Shown piece by piece: positions 43,871 through 62,898 of a stretch of 64,000 nucleotides of DNA. The DNA is from the human T2T-CHM13v2.0 reference genome, Homo sapiens. The translations under genes were made by a program, and so were the position numbers. The DNA is taken from NCBI RefSeq assembly GCF_009914755.1, contig NC_060930.1, one strand, 5' to 3'. The notes beneath the pieces are model-generated. The model did no database searches and was not told the origin of the DNA. It saw nothing but the letters and a program-made list of their open reading frames with translations. Positions within the stretch are counted from its first letter, which is position 1, and every line of letters starts with the position of its first letter.

Positions 43871-43989
43871 TAGAGCTAACTAGGTTGGAGGGGAATCTGA
43901 GGACTGAGCTAGTTTCAGTGGGCACTGACTGAACCCTGAGAAGGCCACCTGTGTCCCAGGGCCCTGTTCAAATGCCACTTGCCTTCCCA

Positions 43990-44285
43990 AGTTATGGTCT
44001 GAATGTGGGTGTCCCCATAAAATTTACATGTTGGGACCTAATACCCAATGTGATGGTATTAAGAAGTGGAGCCTTTTGGAGGTTGGAGGGAGTGTCCTAG
44101 TCCTTTCCACCCCTTCTGCCATGGAGGACGTGGCAACAAGGCACCATTTGGAAGCAGAGAGGTCTGGCCAGACGCTGCATCTGCGGCACCTTGATTTGGC
44201 ACATCCCAGCCTCCGCTGCAGTAGCATGGTGAGCTACTATCCAGTCTAAGGTATTTCGTTACAGCAGCTGTGTCCAACTGCGACA
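43990..44285 (+). mobile_element. MLT1A-like MaLR LTR
   Basis: gttatggtctgaatgtgggtgtcccc start. Confidence 0.7.
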
Positions 44286-44731
44286 TCAAGCTTACCTGAC
44301 CCCACCCCCCACAGCATTGAGTAGCTCCGACAATGTTCCCTGACCTTTGCACACACCTGCCCTTATTCCATTTCTCACCGTTGCTTGCTTATGACTTTGT
44401 CAAGCTAGCTTCAAATGTGGCTTCTTAAATGTAAAAAGTAAATGGTGGAATTATGCAGCCATTAAAAATTATGTTTATAAAAGTAGTTCTAAAGCAGCAA
44501 GGGAAAGCTAATGCCAAGAGCAGAAACACACCTGCAGGTCCAGTTTGTATTTTTGTACAGCCAGTAAGGTTCCTGCTATGTAAAAACAGTGCATGTAAAG
44601 AAAAAGATGGAAAGAAACTACTTTGAAAATATTACATTATCTGCTTATATACCTCCTTCTGTCCTTGGCTCGATTCTCTCCTTCCTCTGTACTCGCTTTC
44701 TCTTCCTAGGTAATTACAGTGACAGCCTTGA

Positions 44732-45053
<322 letters not shown>

Positions 45054-45571
45054 TTCTTGACTCTTAAACGTGGTTCTGTATAGCAGCCTTTCTTGGTAGC
45101 TGCACATCCGCGCCTGTCCTTGTCCACTCACTGTCCCCACCTGGAGGTCCCATGGCCGCCCTGAAACCAACTGTGTCCTGTGTGTGCTCACTCTCTGAGT
45201 CATTCCCTTCCTGTTCTGGAGCCCAGGGAGAGGCACCACCCTCCAGTCAGCAGCCAGAAACCTGGGCATCTTCCCCTGCCCTGCTTCCCGTCTATCTCCA
45301 AGCCAGTGGGTCTACCATGGAAACATTTCTGTAATTCACCCATGTTGCTCTATCTCTGCCCCTCCTTGCTAGTTCACACCACTGTCATCTCTGGCCTGAA
45401 TCATTGTGATACCCCTTTAATTATCTCTGCATCCAAACTAGTCCTCTATAAATAACCCATTCCCGCCACTCTAGGCAGCCAGAGGAGCTGCGACAAATGC
45501 AAACCAAGTGTCGCTCTGGTGACTCTCAGGAGCAAAGCTGGTTTGGTTTCTTTTGGTGGGGGTGGTGAGAG

Positions 45572-45884
45572 TTTTGTTTGTTTGTTTGCTTTGGTGTTTT
45601 TTTTAGAGAAAGGGTTTTGCTCTGTCACCCAGGCTGGAGTGCAGTGACAATCACAGCTCACTGCAGCCCTGACCTCCCTCAACTGATTGTCCCACCTCAG
45701 CCTCCCCAAGTAGGTGGGGCTACAGGCACCCACCGCCAAGCCTGGCTAATTTTTTCAATTTTTTTGTAGACATGGGGTCTCAGCACATTGGCCAGGCTGG
45801 TCTTGAACTCCTGGCCTCAAGTAGTCCTCCTGCCTCGACCTCCCAAAGTGCTAGGATTACAGGTGTGAGCCACCATGCCCGGCC
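45572..45884 (-). mobile_element. AluJ
   Basis: Antisense dimer. Confidence 0.88.
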
Positions 45885-47578
45885 CAAAGCCAGGATTAAC
45901 ATGGAGCACCGGCAGGTGTCATCTCTCCTGACATCCTGGGCTCCTTCCGTTCTCTGAACCCAGCCTGCTGTGTCCCACCTGGTGGCCTGTCTGCTTGCTG
46001 TCCCTTCAGCTAACTGTGGTCCTTCTCAGGCTAAGACATGGCATCTCCTTGAGGCCCAGACCAATCAGTGCAGTCATCACTAGCCCTTATTAGATGGAGT
46101 GGATTGAATTTCACCTGACGTTGCTCCCCTCTCTGTCTAAGGAAGGGTCTGGTGAGTGGGATCACGTCAGCAGAGCTCATTTCCTGCATGTGATTCTACT
46201 ACTACCTTCTACTACTACCCTCCCTTTACCGCTGCACTCAGTCATTATTTCTATCTGATAGCTTAAAAAAACAAAATAGAAAACCACTACTCATACCTGA
46301 CCCCCCAAAATATACTGGTAGCTGCTCAGAGGACAGAATTAATTTTAAAAATAATCTAAATTAGGCAAACAGAGCGTGAGAAGCCGATAATCACGCAACT
46401 CCCTCCAGAAAAGGAAGTGGAGCAGGCGGGCGCCCAGCTGCAAGCCCTCAGAAGGCTCAGCCTCCAGCGCCAGGACCTGATTTTATTACTAACAAGGTGC
46501 GGTCCTCATTCTTTGGGTCTGCCACATGCCTCACGGTAATTTTCCAGGCAAACTATATCACATGATACTGGCTTTACTGTCCAAGCAATAAGCGCAGAGT
46601 CTCTGGCAGTTTGGACTTCTCTGAGATTGCACTGCTGAGCACGTAGCTGCGGCGGTCACAGGAACTCACATGCCAAAGAACTGGGAAGAATGTTTTAAAA
46701 ACCCGGAAAGAACCGGTTTCCTTTTCTGCAGCCTAACAAATACCTCCTTGAGGGAAGTAGGAAGCTTTCAGAACTCCCTCACTATCCAGAGGCTTATCAT
46801 TGTGTGAAGGATCAGAGTTTGTCAAGGCAAAGAGAATCAAAACTATTTACTCAGGCTTGGAATTGATCAGGTGCTCGGGAGGCTCGGAGCAGGGGAGCGG
46901 CGGCTCCTGGACTTTAACCCCCGGGTTTGTGGAAGCAGTGACTATGATGATGATAGGAGAGCTGGCGCCCTCACGCGCTTGTCACCTGCTGCGGGCATCA
47001 GTGAGCGCTTGCTGCCGCCTCTGAGATAAGGAGGGCTCTGTAGAAACTCACCTGGGCCACCTCCACTCGGAAGCCCTCCTTTCTTTCCTGCTAGACAAGA
47101 AGCGCCTGGAGCAGCCGAGGGAACACACCTGGTGGCAACGCCTGGTTCCCACTTTCGAACCTCAGGATTGAGAGAGGGATGAACGCGGGAAGTCTGAGGA
47201 CACACTCTGTCCTGCCCTTAACTGTGACTGTCCGAGCCACCTAGGGGGACACGTGGGAGGCAGTCCCAGGGAGGCTGTACTAGAGAGGTGCTGCCCCCAA
47301 CAGAAGCCGGGAGTCCCTGCCTGGGCCCAAGCTCCTGCCATTCTCTAAGTGATGCAGAGAGGGCCCCACCGCCGGGAGGGGCTTTCTGGCACAGCTGTTC
47401 TCGCCCCTGCACTCTGAAGAAGAGTAGATACCTAGATACAGTAAGTAAAGGAAAAGAACTAAGCATTTCTCTCCCTTTTTAGGAGGACCATCAATTTATC
47501 TTGGTCAAAGAAGGGAATTTCCTCATCTACCAATTTTCTGCTCATAGATGTATAGAAACGGTAGAATTTTTTAAAGAC

Positions 47579-47873
47579 GGCCAGGCGTGATGGCTCACGC
47601 CTGTATTCCCAGCACTCTGGGAGGCCAAAGCGGGCAGATCACCTGAGGTCAGGAGTTCAAGACCAGCCTGGCCAACATGGCAAAACCCCACCTCTACTAA
47701 AAATACAAAAATTAGCCAGATGCGGTGGTGGGCACCTGCAATCCCAGCTACTTGGGAGGCTGAGGCAGGGGGAATTGGTTGAACCCAGGAGGCGGAGGTT
47801 GCAGTGAACCAAGATTGCGCCACTGCACTCCAGTCTGGGGAACAGAGCAAGACTCTGTCTCGAAAATGAAAAA
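47579..47873 (+). mobile_element. AluS
   Basis: Dimer; TSD agaattttt..aaagac. Confidence 0.92.
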
Positions 47874-48113
47874 GAATTTTTAAAAGACCATTTACAACCA
47901 CCAGTGGAATCGTTATTTCTGCAGGAGTCATTAATTGATGCTTAAACAATTAGGCAAAAGTTCATTTCAAGGTGCCATCGTATGAGCCCACAGATTACTT
48001 GTGAATTACAAAGGGAAAAAATGTACTTTTACATTGCAGAGTTCCTGCCCTGCCACACATGCATGTGGAGGATAGTAGTGCAGTTGTACAACAGTGCCTT
48101 TGTACTGCTCTAA

Positions 48114-48411
48114 TTTTTTTTTTTTTTCTGAGGCTGAGTCTCCCTCTGTCATCCAGGCTGGAACGTAATGGTGTGATCTTGACTCACTGCAACCTCCGCC
48201 TCCCGGGTTCAAGCAATTCTCCTGCCTCAGCCTCCCAAGCAGCTAGGATTACAGGGGCCCGCCACCATGCCTGGCTAATTTTTGTGTTCTTAGTAGAGAC
48301 AGGGTGTCATCATGTTGGCCAGGCTGGTCTCAAACTTCTGACCTCAGGTGATCTGCTCACCTTGGCCTCCCAAAGTGCTAAGACTACAGGCATGAGCCAC
48401 CACACCCGGCC
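48114..48411 (-). mobile_element. AluS
   Basis: Antisense dimer; TSD tgtac..ctctaattt. Confidence 0.92.
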
Positions 48412-48691
48412 TGTACCACTCTAATTTAGTGATTCAACTGAACCTCCTGACACGGGTGCCTCCTCGTGCCCCCTCTGAAACATGCGTGCACTTATCTATG
48501 TGCCATGCAAATGGAGTACGTGAGCACCCAGGGACCCTCGATAGATTACCTGGTGCCAAGCGTATTCTTCCCTGCCCCTGTCTTGGAAAAGCAGCCCTAC
48601 GAATGACAGCCTCCTGACAACTGGTCAGTTTTCCAACAGGATGGTGACTCCCCTCCTTGCCTTCTGCTTTCTTGAATCAAGGGCCTGAAGA

Positions 48692-49002
48692 GGCCAAGCA
48701 AGGTGGCTGATGCCTGTAATCCCAGTGCTTTGGGAAGCCGAAGCAGGAGGATCACTTGAGGCCAGGAGCTTGAAACCAGCCTGGGCAACATAGCAAGATT
48801 CTGACTCTACGAAAACATTTAAAACTTCGCCAGGCATGGTGGCGCATGCCTGTAGTCCCAGCTACTTGGGAGGCTGAGGCAGGGGGAATGGCTCAAGCTT
48901 AGGGGTTCAAGGCTGCAGTGAGCTATGATTACACCACTGCACTCCAGGCTGGGTAGCGGAGTGAGACCCTGTCTCTAAAAAATAAAAAAAATTAATAAAA
49001 AA
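48692..49002 (+). mobile_element. AluJ
   Basis: Dimer. Confidence 0.9.
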
Positions 49003-49527
49003 GAGCTGAAGAGACCAAGCAGCAGCCAGGGCTTAAAGCTTTGAGGGGCTCTTGTGCCTCTGGGTGGAAGCATTTCACTGTTATAGTCATTTCCATTATA
49101 GAGGGTAAAGTCTTCACTGTTTCCTTCCCACATACAATTTATTTATATTTGTTTGTTCCTGAACTGGAGTCGTAAAGCACCCAATTATTGTTAGACGGTT
49201 TATATTTAATGTGATTATCAACATGGCTGGGTTTAAATCCATTATCTTGCCATTGGTCTCTTATTTGTTCAATCTGTTCTTCATTCCTTTTTTTCCCTCT
49301 TTTGAATTGAGTACTTTTTATGATTTTATTTTACCTCCAATAAAACCTCCCTTTTCCCTCTTTGCTATATGTATTTAACTTATCATCGTCTATTTTTAAA
49401 TAATAGTGCCACCTCATACACAGCTTATGAACCTTACAATATGTTACTTCCATTTTCCCCTCTTGTACCTTATTGTTGTCATATATTTTATTCTACATAT
49501 ACTATAAACTCAAAAATACACTGTTAA

Positions 49528-49858
<331 letters not shown>

Positions 49859-50093
49859 ACAGTTAATTATCTTTTAAAGAGTATTTTCAATTATAAAAAA
49901 GTCTTTTACATTTACTGATGTGTTTATCATTTCGAATCCTTGTGTACATCCAAATTTCCCTCTAGTGCCATTTTCCTTCTACCTGAGGAGTGTCCTGTAA
50001 CATTTCTTGGAATGTAGGTTCCCTAGTTAATTAATTCTCTCAGTTTCTGTTTGTCTGAAAAGCTGATTTTGAAAGAAATTTTATGCAGGATAG

Positions 50094-50838
<745 letters not shown>

Positions 50839-51898
50839 TTCCCTGACCTGCTTTAAAGATTTTCTCTTTGTCACTAGTTTCCGGCAATTTGATTATCATG
50901 TGCCTTAATATAGTTTTCTCCATGCACCTTCTGCTTTGGTTTGGTTAAGGTTCTTGGATCTATGGCTATAAAGTTTTCATTAAATGTGAAAAAATGTTGG
51001 CCCTATTTCTTCAAATATTCTTCCTTTCTCCCTCCTTTATTTCTGAAACTGCAGAGATATACATGTTAAACCACTTGATCTTGTCCACAGATCACTGGAT
51101 TCTCTGTTAATTTGTTTTCTCAATGGGCTTCATTTTTGGACAGTTGCTATTGCTATGTCTTCAAGCTCACTGATGTCTTCTTCTGCAGCATCTCTCTGCT
51201 GTTAATCCCATGTCATGTATTTTTTATTCCAGATATTATATTTTTATCTCTAGTAAATTCCATTTGGATCTTTCTTATATTATTAATTTCTCTCCTCATT
51301 TATGTTTCTATTTTTCCCTACCTTCATGAATATATGGAATATATTTGTAATAATTGTTTTAAAGTCTTTGTCTGTTAATACCATCATGTATTTTATTTCT
51401 GGGTCTTTTCTGTTGATTGATATTTCTCTTGGTGATGTTCATATTTTCCTGTTTCTTTGCGTGCCTGGTAGTTTTTGGTTAGATGTTGGCATTGTAAAAT
51501 TTTACATTGCTGGGTGCTGGATTTTGTTGTATTCTTTTAAATAGTGTTCAGCTTTTTTTCTGGCATGTAGTTCAGTAATTTGAAATCAATTTGATCCTTT
51601 CAAGGTTTGCTTTTAAATTTTATAGAGTGGGATCAGAGCAGTCTCTTTGGGTAGAACTAATTTTGTCTTCCTACCAAGTGGATCCTGCCAGATGCCCTGT
51701 ATTAAGATATCTTCACACTCTGGCTGGTGATTATATGATCTATTTCCAGCCCTGTGAGTCCCAGGAATTGTTTGGCCTGCCTGTGGAGTTTTGGTGGTTA
51801 TGATCACTATCCTCACATAGTTTTCTCACATGAGTGCATACAATGTTCAGCAAAGTCTCTCTAGGGGACTCTTCAGCAGACCTCCAAAACAAGCAATT

Positions 51899-51952
51899 TC
51901 TCTCTCTCTCTCTCTGAAACATAGACACACACACCAGACACAGACACAAACA

Positions 51953-51988
<36 letters not shown>
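51899..51988. repeat. (CT)n/(CA)n compound microsatellite
   Basis: Direct reading. Confidence 0.9.
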
Positions 51989-51991
<3 letters not shown>

Positions 51992-51995
51992 CCTC

Positions 51996-52334
51996 CACTA
52001 TGGTCTGAATGTCCATGTCCTGCCCAAATTCATACGTTGAAATCTTAATTCCTAAGGTGATAGTATTAAGAGGTGGGGCCTTTGGGAGGTGATTAGGTCA
52101 TGAATGGGATTAGTGCCCTTATAAAAGAGGCCCAAGGGAGCTTGTCTGCTCCTTCCTCCATGTGAGGATGCAGCACACAGTTGCCATCTATAAGGAATGG
52201 AACCTCCCTAGACACTGAATCTGCTGCTACCTTGATCTTGGACTTCCCATCCTCTAGAACTGTGAGAAATAAATGTTTATTGTTTATAAGCTACATAGTT
52301 TATGGTATTTTTGTTATAACAGTCTGAATGGACT
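51996..52334 (+). mobile_element. MLT1A0-like MaLR LTR
   Basis: ctatggtctgaatgt...aggtggggcctttgggaggtgattaggtcatga...gaactgtgagaaataaat. Confidence 0.85.
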
Positions 52335-52721
52335 GTGTCTCTCTGTCTGTCTCTGTCTCCCTCTCTCTCTCTCTTTCTCTCTGTAGCTCCCTTCACTCCC
52401 ACACTTTGCCCTTCAAACTCTAGCCACCTTGGCCTCCCCAAACTCTGATCAGTCTCCTCCATTCAGTGAGACCACTGAGATCTCTTTGGTTTCCCCTCCC
52501 TTTCCTGGGCTTAGGAACTGCCTCAGACAGTAATGCGGAGCCCTCATGGGTCTCATCTTGTTTGTTTCTTTTCTCCAGTGATCAAAGTCTTGCACTGCCT
52601 GACATCTAGTGTCTGAATATATTTTTCATATATTGGGTCTGGCTTTCTCTTTATCTAAGGATAAGAGAAGGTGTAAACTGCCGTCTGTTGCACCATCATG
52701 GCTGGAAGTAGAACACTCATG

Positions 52722-53030
52722 ATTTATTTTTATTTTATTTATTTTGTTTTTGAGACAGAGTCTTGCTCTGTCGCCCAGGTTGGAGTGCAGTGGTGTGATC
52801 TTGGCTCACTGCAAACTCTGCCTTCCAAGTTTAAGCAATTCTTCTACCTCAGCCTCCTGAGTAGCTGGTATTATAAGAGTTCACCACCACGTTCAGCTAA
52901 TTTTTGTATTTTTAGTAGAGACGGGGTTTCACCATGTTAGCCAGGCTGGTCTCAAACTTTGACCTCCAGTGATCTGCCTGCCTCAGCCTCCTAAAGTGCT
53001 GGGATTACAGGCGTGAGCCAGCGCCCAGCC
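52722..53030 (-). mobile_element. AluS
   Basis: TSD tgatttatttt. Confidence 0.9.
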
Positions 53031-53199
53031 TGATTTATTTTTAAAATCTAGGGCAAGGGTAGTTTTCCCATTCACAGAGAACATCTTAACAGACATTTCT
53101 CAAAATTTGTTCTAATTCCCAAGCATGTGTCAGCAGTCTCTGTAGTAGATCTTACAGCTTTTCTATCCTTTGGTTGTCAGCTTTTCTGAACCCCTTCCA

Positions 53200-53540
53200 T
53201 GGCTCATGCTTTCCTGTCTCTGTAAAACCAGACATCACTATGTGATTCACTTTGGCCAGAAAAACATAGCTGGGGAGATGTGTATGGTTCCAGGTGGAAG
53301 CATGTCATTGCGATGTTCATCCCTCTAGCTGTCCTCCCACTTCCCATGGTGATGATGGGACTAAGCGTTGGCATAAAGGGGCCGAAGAGTTGCAGCAGCT
53401 TAGAAGGCAGAGCCAGCACACAGAGGAGAGACGGCCTGGATGGCCGCTCAGACCTGTAGCAGAATGTGCTCAAGCAAGAAATCAACTCCTACTATGTTGG
53501 GCCATTGAGACTTGGAGTTGCGTGTTATGCAGCAGGAACT
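53200..53540 (+). mobile_element. Old MLT1 (J/K-like) LTR fragment
   Basis: caagaaatcaactcctactatgttgggccattgagacttggagttg..tgttatgcagca 3' end. Confidence 0.5.
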
Positions 53541-54097
53541 ATTCCTGCCTGTCCTGACTGGTCTTGTCTCTCTTTCTTTTTTGAGCCAGAGTGTGTGCTC
53601 ACTCTGCCTCTAAACACATGTCTAAAAATGTATTGGTGTAATGAAGCAGGAGTGTTTGAAGATGTGCCATATAGAAAACTATTCATCCACTCTAAAATGC
53701 AGAGGAAGAGGAAGCAAAGCAAAACATGAATTTGCAAATGCAAACAAAACAAATGATTTTTGTGAGATTGAATTATTTTGTTGATGTTTAAATCACTTCC
53801 AGATGGATCAATTGGTTGCAACTGAGAAGAGATTATTCTTCCCTTGCCACACATCTACACAGAGGGTAGCAAAGTCATTAGCATAAATGGGAGGTATATA
53901 GCCACAACAGGAGAGGAATTGACCGCTGGTGAATTAAAATTTTTCTTTGAGGAGCTCCCAGCTCCTAATCCTCTTCTTTTGCATGATATTAACTCTGCAT
54001 TTCCTAATATCATTGGGAATTTATTTGTAGTTAAGATTTATATTCCAACCACCTTTAAGGGGTACTATTACAAGTACAAGCTTCTAAAATAGGAATC

Positions 54098-54409
54098 TTT
54101 TCTTTCTTTCTTTTCTTTTTTCTTTTTTTTAGATGGGGGTCTCACTTTGTCACCCAGTCTGGAGTGCAGTGGTGTAATCTTGGCTCATTGAAGCCTTGAC
54201 CTCCCAGGCTCAAGGACCCTCCCGCCTCAGACCCTGAGTAGCTGGGATTACAGGCGCACCGCACCGCACCCAGCTAATGTTTGTATTTTTTGTAGACGGG
54301 GTTTCGCCATTGTTACTCAGGCGGGTCTCAAATCGCTGGGCTTAAGCAATCCACCCTCCTCAGCCTCCCAAAGTGCTGGGATTACAGGTGTGATCCATCA
54401 CACCTGGCC
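54098..54409 (-). mobile_element. AluJ
   Basis: TSD taaaataggaat. Confidence 0.9.
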
Positions 54410-54579
54410 TTAAAATAGGAATTTGTCACCTGTGGTCCAGATAATTCTGGGGGGTTGGGGGAAGGTGTACCAATGAACCATGTGAGACTTTAGGCAAATT
54501 GTTCAAGTGCATATTTTACATTTTTTCTGGGGAAAGGATTTGTACCTGTCATCAGATTCTTAAAGATCTGGGTGACTCA

Positions 54580-54972
<393 letters not shown>

Positions 54973-55502
54973 TCATCAACCACATCCTGTTATTTTTCTT
55001 GGAACTGCTTCTCCTCCTCTCCTTTTTCTGACTACACACGCGCTGAAGGAGTGTGTCATGGAGAAGCAGGGATGGATACTTTCACAGGTCAGGGGAGGTC
55101 AGTTTCCTCTTAGTCCTCAAAGGTGCGGGCTGATTAGCAGGTCAGCTGTCTGAGCAAGACAGTATTGAACCCAAGCCACCACTGTGAAGGGCGCCCGGAG
55201 GATCTTTCTGGCGCAGAACAGCTCCGGCAAGCGACAGCCAATCCAAGATCTTTGCTCACCCTCTGGCGCTCAAGAAGGGGAGAGATGGCAAGTAGATGAG
55301 CCTCAAGGAGAAAGGAGAGAAAGTCTGTGCTGAACAGGTGTGTTCCCTTTCAAAGCCAATTGCCCTGTTTGGCTCAGTGAGGAACTTTAGGTTTTTGGAT
55401 GAAGGGTTTTAGAAACAATGGGGAACGTTGTGGTGGCAAAGAGGATGAAAAGTATAGCCAACAGCAGAAGTAGTGAGATTTCTATAAACATCTTGGCACT
55501 GA

Positions 55503-56070
<568 letters not shown>

Positions 56071-56640
56071 CACTGAGTCCGAATATATCAATTTACTTAA
56101 AAACACACACCGTGGGGGCACTTTTATAGGACAAAAGCCATGCTCTGGTTGAAGATTGAGCAGAATACCTTTTTAAGGTGCTACAGAAGTGAGGACTCCA
56201 AAGACGGAAGGGAGGTGGCTGACCTCGGACAGAGCTCTATTTTCCTCTTTATCGTGCACACGAAACCGCGGCAGATCCTTTTTTTTGCTCTCATTTTTAT
56301 TATGTCTTACAAGGATTCGTGTTCGGTTTTGTGGTTAAAATAGTCACATAGCTTGATCTGCAAAAGTGCTGTAATATTTTTTCATTGCTATTGGCTTTTT
56401 ATTTCACTCTCCCTTTTTTTCCACATTTGCTGTAGAAATCTATCCACGGGTACAGTGGTTAAGTTGCTGTTTCTAGAGCTATGGTGAGAGGAACAGCGAT
56501 CTGTGCATTAGTCAGCAAATGAGGACACCCTCTTAACTCTGCTGAATTAGACAGCAATGCAGTAGACAAACAAGTTGTCTCAAAGAGATAAAATATGAAA
56601 CCAGAGAGGCAGTGTGGCCAACAGAAAAAACAATGGGTGA

Positions 56641-57265
<625 letters not shown>

Positions 57266-57599
57266 TCACAGCAATCCTATCAGGACTTCAGCATTCTACA
57301 CAAATCAGAAATAACTCCTGTCCTATTTACTTTACCATGATTGCCCTGGAGAGGAAATACGTGGAAAAAAATGAAAATAGGAGGTATATTTTCATAGGAA
57401 TACATTTTAATAGGAATCATAGTATTATCATAAATTTGGAGAAAGAATTTATAACGAAGTTTCTAAGGCAGTGCTAAGCCTTACACTAAAAGAACAAGAC
57501 TGATTATCAGATATTGGCTGCACTAGACATGGAGGACATTGTTGGCCATCTGACCCAAACTCATTCATTCCTAACTGCTTTCTCTCTTGTCCATCTCAA

Positions 57600-58354
<755 letters not shown>

Positions 58355-60224
58355 TAATTCCAAAGTACACTTTGTTCCTGATAGTATGAAGCGCTATAAT
58401 ATGTTATAGGCTATATATTTAGACTTAACTAAATTGATTTTTCTTAAAAGGAAATTACCATATAGTAATTTGCAATTTTGCTTTACTTTTCAAAACTATA
58501 TGATGAAGCAAAATGTAGGAATAATTTTTTTTAATTTCTATTTTGAACATTTTTAAACATACATAAACATCGTAAAAGGACTCCTTTCTCAGCCGATCCA
58601 GCCACAGTCACGGCTCAGCCTGTCTCCTCCCTCCAGGGCAGGCGAGCTTGCTCCCACCCAAGGCACTCCCTTTCTCCATGGCACACCTAGAATTGCCAGA
58701 AAGGTCTTCTGGATGTTCCATCAAACCTTTCCGCCCTGTAACTTTTTACTTCGGTCTCTGAAGTGACAATGTGCAGTGTGCAGGCCTTTTTATAAAATAG
58801 TCATGGCATTTTCTCCCCATGTGAATCTTGCAGGCCAATCAGAAAAGGGGTATTTCTGGAGAAGGTTAAGGACAGACAGGAAGGAGGCCTGCCAGCCCCC
58901 GAATCGAGGGCACATTGGGAGTCCTGTTCCTCCTTCTGCGAGGGAACGCTGGGGAGGAGGCGCTCGGCAGCGGTGCCTTCCCTTCTTCCCTGCCCGTCTG
59001 TTGGCCCAGCTCCCATGCTGGGCCTGGGGGTTCAGGGACAGACCTGCATTGTCAGAGGTCCTGGTGAGCTTCCTCAGTTGACAACAATGGAACAGCCAGA
59101 CCCCAGCCTGAAAACTCATCCTGTCCCTAGTAGGTTCCCCTCCAATGTGGAACTGATTTGAACAATGTTTCTATTAAGGACAAGCACACCTTGCTGTTCT
59201 TGGCATGTGAAAGCCCCCTTCTTTCCCACATACCTGGGACAGGTGTGCTTTGGGTTGTTTTTCCAGCTGTGATGCTGGGTTGGGGCCTGGGGCCTGGCCG
59301 ACAGGCTGGCACACCTGTGTGGGGAGCTTGGTCTCGGCCACGGAGGTGAATAAAGCTCCCCGGTCCCCAGAGCCCACAGGCACCTGCAGTCTCTATAGCA
59401 ACCCAACCAACAGGCTTGTTGACTTTCAGCAACAGACCAGGAGGAAGGAACATGCAGGGACCCAGGGACCTGGACAGAGGGAGGCCCCACACTCTCCAAC
59501 CCCAGGGCCTAGAGTTTGCAGAGTGTGAACGGTAGCCTGTGGCTGCCAGGCACACTCTGAGCAGGAGTAGAGAAGATAATTTGTGTCTGGAAAGCCCCTG
59601 TTCCTGGGCTGACTCGGGTACAATCCTCTGAGAGATCAGTCTCTATATCCAGTCGTAAGGCTGTAAGTCAAGTCTTGCGTGTGTGTAGATATGGACAGAT
59701 AGTGCCTCATATGCCTTTTTTTTTTTTTTTACAAAAACTAATAACTTATAATGAACTTCCAAACCTACCCTTCCTATTCACAGCTGTCCAGCACCTGTCC
59801 CACCCAGCGGCACCCAGACTGGCTTTCCCAGGGAGCTGAGCAGAGGGAGCTCAGTCCTCACCTGTGCCCCATGGGTCTTCCTAACACCTCCAGGGGTGTG
59901 TGGGGTGGGGATTGTGGGGGGGTGATGTTGGCAAAGCGCCCCAGCTGCTTCACTGATGACTGACACCAGGGAACTCGAAAGGGACGGACTTGCTTTCCTC
60001 CTGACTGGTGGCTGTCGGCGCGCTCTGATGGACAGCCCCTGTTTTTCCTGGCCTTAGACTGCCTAGGCTCACGAGTCCTGTTGTCTCTTTGAGGCTTCTA
60101 AACGCCAATTAAAATAAAAATCCCATTCTCTTTGCATAATTTGGGAGGCTTGGGCTTCAAGTGCACTTCTTAGATAAATGGTCTTGTTCATCTAGAACGT
60201 TCCACAGATGGCCACTGCAATTCC

Positions 60225-60399
60225 TTTTTTTTTCTAATTGTATTTTATTTTACTTCAAGTTCCAGGATACATGTGCAGAATGTGCAGGTTTGTTACATAA
60301 GTCGATGTGTGCCATGGTGGTTTGCTGCACCCATCAACCCATCATCTAGGTTTTAAGCCCCGCGTGCACTAGCTATTTATGCTGAAGCTCTCCCTCCCT
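60225..60399 (-). mobile_element. Very short L1PA 3'-end insertion
   Basis: gatacatgtgcagaatgtgcaggtttgttacat; TSD tggccactg[c/t]aattc. Confidence 0.85.
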
Positions 60400-60615
60400 G
60401 GCCACTGTAATTCTAAAACATTTTTCGTAAGATCTTTTATACTGTAATTCTAAAATGTGATGACACCGTGACTCTAAAATATCTTTTGCGATTTTGTAAA
60501 TATTTGCAGCTTCTAGGGACATATTCTTTTTTTTGGGTGGGGGGGGACGAGGAACGCTATTTCCTGACATGGCAGAAGGGCAAAAGAGAGTGAATGATGC
60601 ACTCTCTTAAAGCCT

Positions 60616-60743
60616 CTTTTTTTTTAATTATTATACTTTAAGTTCTGGGGTACACGTGCAGAATATGCAGGTTTGTTACATAGGTATACACCTGCCATGG
60701 TGGTTTCCTGCACCCATCAACGCGTCATCTACGTTAGGTATTT
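60616..60743 (-). mobile_element. Second short L1PA 3'-end fragment
   Basis: attattatactttaagttctggggtacacgtgcag. Confidence 0.85.
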
Positions 60744-60790
60744 GGGGCCATATTATTATACATGGAAAGGCAGGCATGGCCAGAAATTAA

Positions 60791-61221
<431 letters not shown>

Positions 61222-61224
61222 AGG

Positions 61225-62499
<1,275 letters not shown>

Positions 62500-62596
62500 A
62501 TTCCAACACCCCAAACAGTGTTGGGAGAAAATTCCACAGTCCTGCAGATTGGCTTCATTTGACATTGACAAACAATCCTTGTTTTATTATTGTGTT

Positions 62597-62898
62597 TGAT
62601 TATTTATTTATTTTTAGAGATCGAGTTTCGCTCTGTCACCCAAGCTGGACTGCAATAGCACGATTTTAGCTCACTGCAGCCTCAGACTCCTGGGCTTAAG
62701 CAATCCTCCTGTCTCAGCCTCCTGAGTAGCCAGGACTACAGGCACATACCATCACACCTGGCTAATTTTTAAATTTTTTGTAGATATGGGGTCTTGCCAT
62801 GTTACCCAGGTTGGTCTCGAACTCCTCGCCTCAAGTGATCCTCCTGCCTTGGCCTCCCCAAATGCTGAGATTACAGACATGAGCCACTGCACACAGCC
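62597..62898 (-). mobile_element. AluJ
   Basis: Antisense dimer. Confidence 0.9.
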
